A program made the position numbers and the translations under genes. Under the pieces are notes generated by a model that was not told the origin of the DNA, ran no database searches, and was given only the letters and a program-made list of their open reading frames with translations. DNA of 11,686 bases from Elusimicrobiota bacterium (GTDB taxonomy: Bacteria > CG03 > SLGR01 > JBDRKX01): contig JBDRKX010000082.1 in assembly GCA_043813605.1 (NCBI GenBank), forward strand, positions 1-11,686, written 5' to 3'. Below are positions 7,869 through 11,686 of the stretch, piece by piece. Every line of letters begins with the position of its first letter. Position 1 is the stretch's first letter.

Positions 7869-8699
7869 ATGAACCCTGTGTCCCTGGAAACAAGAATAGA
7901 GGAACTGCTCGCATACCTGCAGGGATCGGGAAGCGCGCTGCTCGCATATTCCGGCGGAACGGATTCAACCCTTCTGCTGTATCTTCTAAAAAGATCCGGT
8001 ATTCCATCTATAACAGCAGTGACTTCGGTATCTGATATAACACATCAGGATGACATACAGTTTGCCAGAGATATCGTATCGTTATGGAAAGTTAAACACA
8101 TAGAATATAAGAGCAGTTTTTTTGATAATCCTGAAGCAGTCAGGAATACTCGTGAAAGATGTTATTTCTGCAAACATGTTTTTTTTTCAAAACTTATCGG
8201 GATAGCTTCGGAGAACAATATAGAAAAAGTCATAGACGGTACGCACTCGGGAGACACTTTAGATTACCGCCCGGGTTCCCGCGCTGTATCTGAATTAGGA
8301 ATATGCAGCCCTTTTAAGGATACCGGCTGGGATAAAGATATAATATGCGAGGTCTCAAGACATCTTGAAATACCGGGCAGCGGCCGCATGAGCGAGTCAT
8401 GCCTGGCAACAAGGGTTCCTTATGGTGTCAGGATAGGCCCCAAAAACCTTATGATGATAAAGGATGCGGAAGAGTTTCTAAAAGGACTTGGTTTTAAAGG
8501 GCTGCGAGTGAGGAGTGACGGGGTAACGGCAAGAATAGAGATCGATCAAAGAAATATAAAAGATATTGCTGAAGATGAGATGAGGAAGAAAATCGCAGGT
8601 AATTTACGGGCAATGGGCTTCAAGTTCATATCCCTTGATATGGAAGGATTTGAAAGCGGTAAGATGAACAGGCTGCTGAATGACACAGGAAAAGATTAA
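7869..8699 (+). CDS. larE: NPN cofactor sulfur insertase LarE (PP-loop ATPase), CxxC...C type
   Basis: PP-loop AYSGGTDS, RCYFCK, DGT...D..DYRPG, SCLATRVPYG, LRVR...ARIE, GFESGKMN; adjacent to larB and larC. Confidence 0.93.
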   Translation: MNPVSLETRIEELLAYLQGSGSALLAYSGGTDSTLLLYLLKRSGIPSITAVTSVSDITHQDDIQFARDIVSLWKVKHIEYKSSFFDNPEAVRNTRERCYFCKHVFFSKLIGIASENNIEKVIDGTHSGDTLDYRPGSRAVSELGICSPFKDTGWDKDIICEVSRHLEIPGSGRMSESCLATRVPYGVRIGPKNLMMIKDAEEFLKGLGFKGLRVRSDGVTARIEIDQRNIKDIAEDEMRKKIAGNLRAMGFKFISLDMEGFESGKMNRLLNDTGKD

Positions 8700-9426
8700 G
8701 AAACTTATCAGGGATATTAAAGAAGGCAGGCTGACTTCAGCGCAGGCTGAAGAAAGGCTGAAGATCCTGCCGTATCAGGATATCGGATTTGCAAAGATCG
8801 ACCATCACAGGTCAATAAGAAAAGGTTTTCCTGAAGTAGTTTACGGTAAAGGCAAGACGGCCGGCCAGATACTCAGTATAGCCGGCAAGTTATACGATCT
8901 GAACGGTATAGCGCTTGTCACAAGGATATCGGCAGAAAAATACGGGAAAATAAAAGATGATCTGCCTTTACACGAATACAATGAACAGGGCCTGCTGCTC
9001 AGGCTGGGCCGGAGAAGGCGTATTAAGAAAATCCCTGCGGTACCGGTAGTAACAGCAGGAACAGCTGATATACCGGTAGCTGAAGAAGCGGCCGGAACGC
9101 TGGAAGCCATGGGTATCGGCGCGGAACGGATATACGATACGGGCGCTGCCGGGGTTCACCGTATATTACACCAGATGGGTAAGTTCAAAAATAGCAGGGT
9201 AATAATAGTGATAGCCGGTATGGACGGTATTTTGCCGACGGTCGTGGGCGGTCTTGTCAGACAGCCGGTTATAGCTGTACCGACATCGACAGGTTATGGC
9301 GCCAGTTTCAGCGGAATAGGGCCGCTTTTAACTATGCTGAATTCCTGCGCGCCCGGGGTCGTGACAGTGAATATAGATAACGGATTCGGAGCTGCATACG
9401 CGGCGGCCCTGATAAACGGTATATGA
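8680..9426 (+). CDS. larB: NPN cofactor biosynthesis carboxylase/hydrolase LarB (PurE-like)
   Basis: DHHRSIRKGFPEVVYG.GK, AGTADIPVAEEA, AGMDG.LP, AVPTSTGYGA, MLNSCAPGV..VNIDNGFGAA. Confidence 0.96.
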   Translation: MTQEKIKKLIRDIKEGRLTSAQAEERLKILPYQDIGFAKIDHHRSIRKGFPEVVYGKGKTAGQILSIAGKLYDLNGIALVTRISAEKYGKIKDDLPLHEYNEQGLLLRLGRRRRIKKIPAVPVVTAGTADIPVAEEAAGTLEAMGIGAERIYDTGAAGVHRILHQMGKFKNSRVIIVIAGMDGILPTVVGGLVRQPVIAVPTSTGYGASFSGIGPLLTMLNSCAPGVVTVNIDNGFGAAYAAALINGI

Positions 9427-10544
9427 TAATTATAGATCCGTACCAGGGAGTTTCGGGAGACATGCTGACCGGCGCTCTTATCGATCTCAAGGGGAATGCT
9501 GCGGACTTTAAGCGGAAATTCAAAAGACTTTCTATTCCGGGCGTCAAGCTGGATGTGAAGACAGTATGCCGCCACTCGTTATCCGGAACAAAAGCCGGGT
9601 TCACTTCAAGCGTTAAAGAGCATCACAGGAAGTTTGCGGATATCAGGCGCCTGGTTAAGCGATCCGGCCTTGATCAAAAAGTAATTGAAAAAGTAATTGA
9701 TACATATGATCTTATTTTCAAAGCTGAAGCGGCAGTGCATGGCGCCCGGCCGGAAGAGGTCTTTCTTCACGAACTGGGCAGAACAGAGACGTTGTGCGAA
9801 ATAGCTTCTTTCTATATGCTGCTTGGAAAAGAATCTGTATATTGCCGTCCGCTGAAGCTCGGTACCGGAACAGTGAAAGCGGCGCACGGGCATATACCGT
9901 TACCCTCACCGGTTACGGCTGAAATACTGAAAGATATACCGGTGGAATTCGTCAGCGCCGGAAAAGAAATGGTTACACCTACCGCGGCGGCGATACTGAA
10001 AAAAACGGCATCGTTCAATACAGGACAGTTTCTGATCAGGGGAACAGGATACGGTTTCGGCAGCCGGAGTATTCTCAGGATATTCAGCGCGGATAGAATA
10101 CCCGCAGACGGGAAACAGGTCTATCAGGTAGAGGTAACCATAGATGATATGACTGCCGAAGATATTTCCTGGCTGCAGGTTTCTCTTATGAATACAGCAA
10201 TGGATGCTGTTTCAGTACCTGCTGTTATGAAGAAAGGGCGCATAGGAAATATTCTTTCAGTAATATGCGGGGAAGATTCTCTTGAGGAAGTAACCCGCAT
10301 AATACTCGAAAAATCTTCGTCGGCCGGCCTGCGTTACTGGCCGGTTAAAAGACATACGCTGGAAAGGAAGATAGTGAGGTTCAAGTCTTCTTTAGGTAAT
10401 TGCCGTATAAAAGTGTTGAACACGCCTGCCGGCAAGACAAAAGTGAAACCTGAATTCGATGATCTGCTGAAGATCTCAAAAAAAAGCGGAATAGGTATTC
10501 CGGAGTTGAGGAGGAAGGTAATTGAAGAGTATGAAAAAGAGTGA
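9423..10544 (+). CDS. larC: NPN cofactor nickel insertase LarC (single ORF, 373 aa)
   Basis: GVSGDMLTGAL, AEAAVHG, HELG, AHG..P.P.P, EMVTPT, GYG.G, IDDM, MKKGR.G, KPEFDD. ATGA overlap with larB. Confidence 0.92.
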   Translation: MIIIDPYQGVSGDMLTGALIDLKGNAADFKRKFKRLSIPGVKLDVKTVCRHSLSGTKAGFTSSVKEHHRKFADIRRLVKRSGLDQKVIEKVIDTYDLIFKAEAAVHGARPEEVFLHELGRTETLCEIASFYMLLGKESVYCRPLKLGTGTVKAAHGHIPLPSPVTAEILKDIPVEFVSAGKEMVTPTAAAILKKTASFNTGQFLIRGTGYGFGSRSILRIFSADRIPADGKQVYQVEVTIDDMTAEDISWLQVSLMNTAMDAVSVPAVMKKGRIGNILSVICGEDSLEEVTRIILEKSSSAGLRYWPVKRHTLERKIVRFKSSLGNCRIKVLNTPAGKTKVKPEFDDLLKISKKSGIGIPELRRKVIEEYEKE

Positions 10545-11637
10545 CGTTTATTTTATCAGGCGGTCAACAGCCGGCAATGGCCCTATGATGGGCAGATTGA
10601 AAAAACTCCTGAAAAAGATGAACCTGTCCGGAATAATAAAAGAAAACTATCTTGTAGCTCTCAAAACACATTTCGGGGAACCCGGGCTGACGACGTTCCT
10701 CCGGCCCGTATTCGTCAGGCCTTTTGCGGATGAGATAAAAAAGCTGCGGGCGCACCCTTTTCTTACTGATGCGAATACTCTTTACATGGGCGGCCGGACC
10801 AACGCGGTAACGCATCTGGAGACCGCGTTGAAGAACGGATTCAACTTTTTGAGTACAGGCGCGCCGGTCATTATCGCGGACGGAATAGACGGGAATGATT
10901 ATGAAGAAGTTACCGTTGATTGTGATTATTTTGATAAAGTCCGGATAGCCGGTGAAGCGCACAGGGCTAATTCTATGATCGTTCTTACGCATTTCACGGG
11001 ACATGAGTCATTCGGTTTCGGAGGCGCTCTGAAGAATATAGGTATGGGGCTTGCCGCGAAAAAAGGGAAGGTGCGTCTGCATTCTGCGTCCAAATTGTTT
11101 ATAAAGAAAAAAGCCTGCAGGAAATGCGGAATATGTCTCGATTGGTGCCAGTTTACAGCTATACGTATGATATCGTCCGGCGCTGTGATAGATGAGAAAA
11201 AATGCACCGGGTGCGGTCATTGTATTTCGGCATGTTCCCGGCATGCGATAAAACTGAGATGGGATATGAGTATTCCGGAAATGCAGAAAAAAACCGCCGA
11301 ATACGCGCTCGGCGCGGTTAAATCGAAAAATGGCCGGGTAAGATATTTTAATTTTATAATGGATGTTACACCTGAATGTGATTGCTACGGGCATTCGGAT
11401 TCTCCCATTGTGCCGGATCTGGGCATATTAGCGTCTGATGACCCTGTTGCGGTGGATCAGGCTTCTTACGATCTGGTTAATAATAGTGTTTCAATAAAAG
11501 GAAGCCGGGCAGAAAAAAGCATTCCCGGAGAAGATAAATTCCGGCAGTGTTATCCTATGACTGATCCTGAGATCCTCCTGGAATATGCTGAGAAGATCGG
11601 TCTCGGCAGGAGGAAGTACAGGCTGATAGATTTTTAG
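10522..11637 (+). CDS. DUF362-family protein with an inserted 2x[4Fe-4S] ferredoxin domain; candidate NPN-dependent enzyme
   Basis: KTHFGE.G, TDANTLY.G.R, ADG, HFTGH...GFGGALKNIGMG, CxxCxxCxxxC twice (C199-C209, C228-C238), PECDC, DLGILASDDPVAVDQA, GLG...Y. TTG 10522 follows GGAGG at 10510-10514; ATG 10531 is an alternative start. Confidence 0.88.
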   Translation: MKSMKKSDVYFIRRSTAGNGPMMGRLKKLLKKMNLSGIIKENYLVALKTHFGEPGLTTFLRPVFVRPFADEIKKLRAHPFLTDANTLYMGGRTNAVTHLETALKNGFNFLSTGAPVIIADGIDGNDYEEVTVDCDYFDKVRIAGEAHRANSMIVLTHFTGHESFGFGGALKNIGMGLAAKKGKVRLHSASKLFIKKKACRKCGICLDWCQFTAIRMISSGAVIDEKKCTGCGHCISACSRHAIKLRWDMSIPEMQKKTAEYALGAVKSKNGRVRYFNFIMDVTPECDCYGHSDSPIVPDLGILASDDPVAVDQASYDLVNNSVSIKGSRAEKSIPGEDKFRQCYPMTDPEILLEYAEKIGLGRRKYRLIDF

Positions 11638-11664
11638 TGTACGGAAGTACAGCTATCTCCGTGC

Positions 11665-11670
11665 TTGACA
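11665..11670 (+). promoter_or_regulatory. Consensus sigma-70 -35 hexamer TTGACA, probably for the next gene
   Basis: Exact TTGACA in intergenic DNA after the last stop. The matching -10 would fall at ~11688-11693, outside the window, so it is unverified. Confidence 0.35.
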
Positions 11671-11686
11671 AAGACACCTGTAAGAT

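Noticed and set aside
7648..8035. Track ORFs 7648-7872 (+), 7787-8035 (+) and 7819-8007 (-)
   Set aside because: No SD or motifs; they overlap larE or the inverted repeat, which explains the sequence better.
8179..8187. T9 tract in larE (also T8 at 5686-5693 and A8 at 10478-10485) as phase-variation or frameshift sites
   Set aside because: All lie in intact frames encoding ordinary Phe/Lys runs.
9214..9228. LarB AGMDG instead of AGMEG
   Set aside because: Conservative Glu-to-Asp change that I believe occurs in other LarBs; the catalytic Cys motif (NSC) is intact.
567..11394. All minus-strand ORFs and the nested plus-strand ORF 3396-3650 in the track
   Set aside because: They overlap well-supported genes and show no recognisable motifs; shadow ORFs.
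11612..11664. 10-bp direct repeat GGAAGTACAG (11612-21, 11643-52) and a 7-bp hairpin (11639-45/11658-64)
   Set aside because: Only two copies, one of them coding; the hairpin has a 12-nt loop and no U-tract. Too weak to call an att site, array or terminator.
1..11686. CRISPR arrays, tRNA/rRNA genes, transposases, integrases, phage or defence genes
   Set aside because: None seen; intergenic space is minimal and every long ORF is otherwise accounted for.

Overview
Bacterial chromosomal window with all 13 genes on the + strand, many coupled by overlapping stop/start codons. Block 1 (1-7655): 3' part of a WcaJ/WbaP-type phosphoglycosyl transferase, a PGM/PMM-family mutase, metK, an HD-domain dNTPase-like protein, then pcm-acyP-nlpD-(RpoS-like sigma-70)-apt. 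nlpD is split by a 2-nt frameshift at an (AT)4 tract. A 213-bp spacer (7656-7868) folds almost end to end into a ~164-195-nt rod-like hairpin whose G-U pairs favour a minus-strand RNA. Block 2 (7869-11637): larE-larB-larC (nickel-pincer nucleotide, NPN, biosynthesis) with no larA in the window, followed directly by a DUF362 protein with a 2x[4Fe-4S] insert and the H-x9-K-x15-H spacing of the LarA NPN site. The best candidates for something new are this putative NPN/Fe-S enzyme operon and the rod-shaped RNA. All family calls come from motif recognition by eye; no searches were run.
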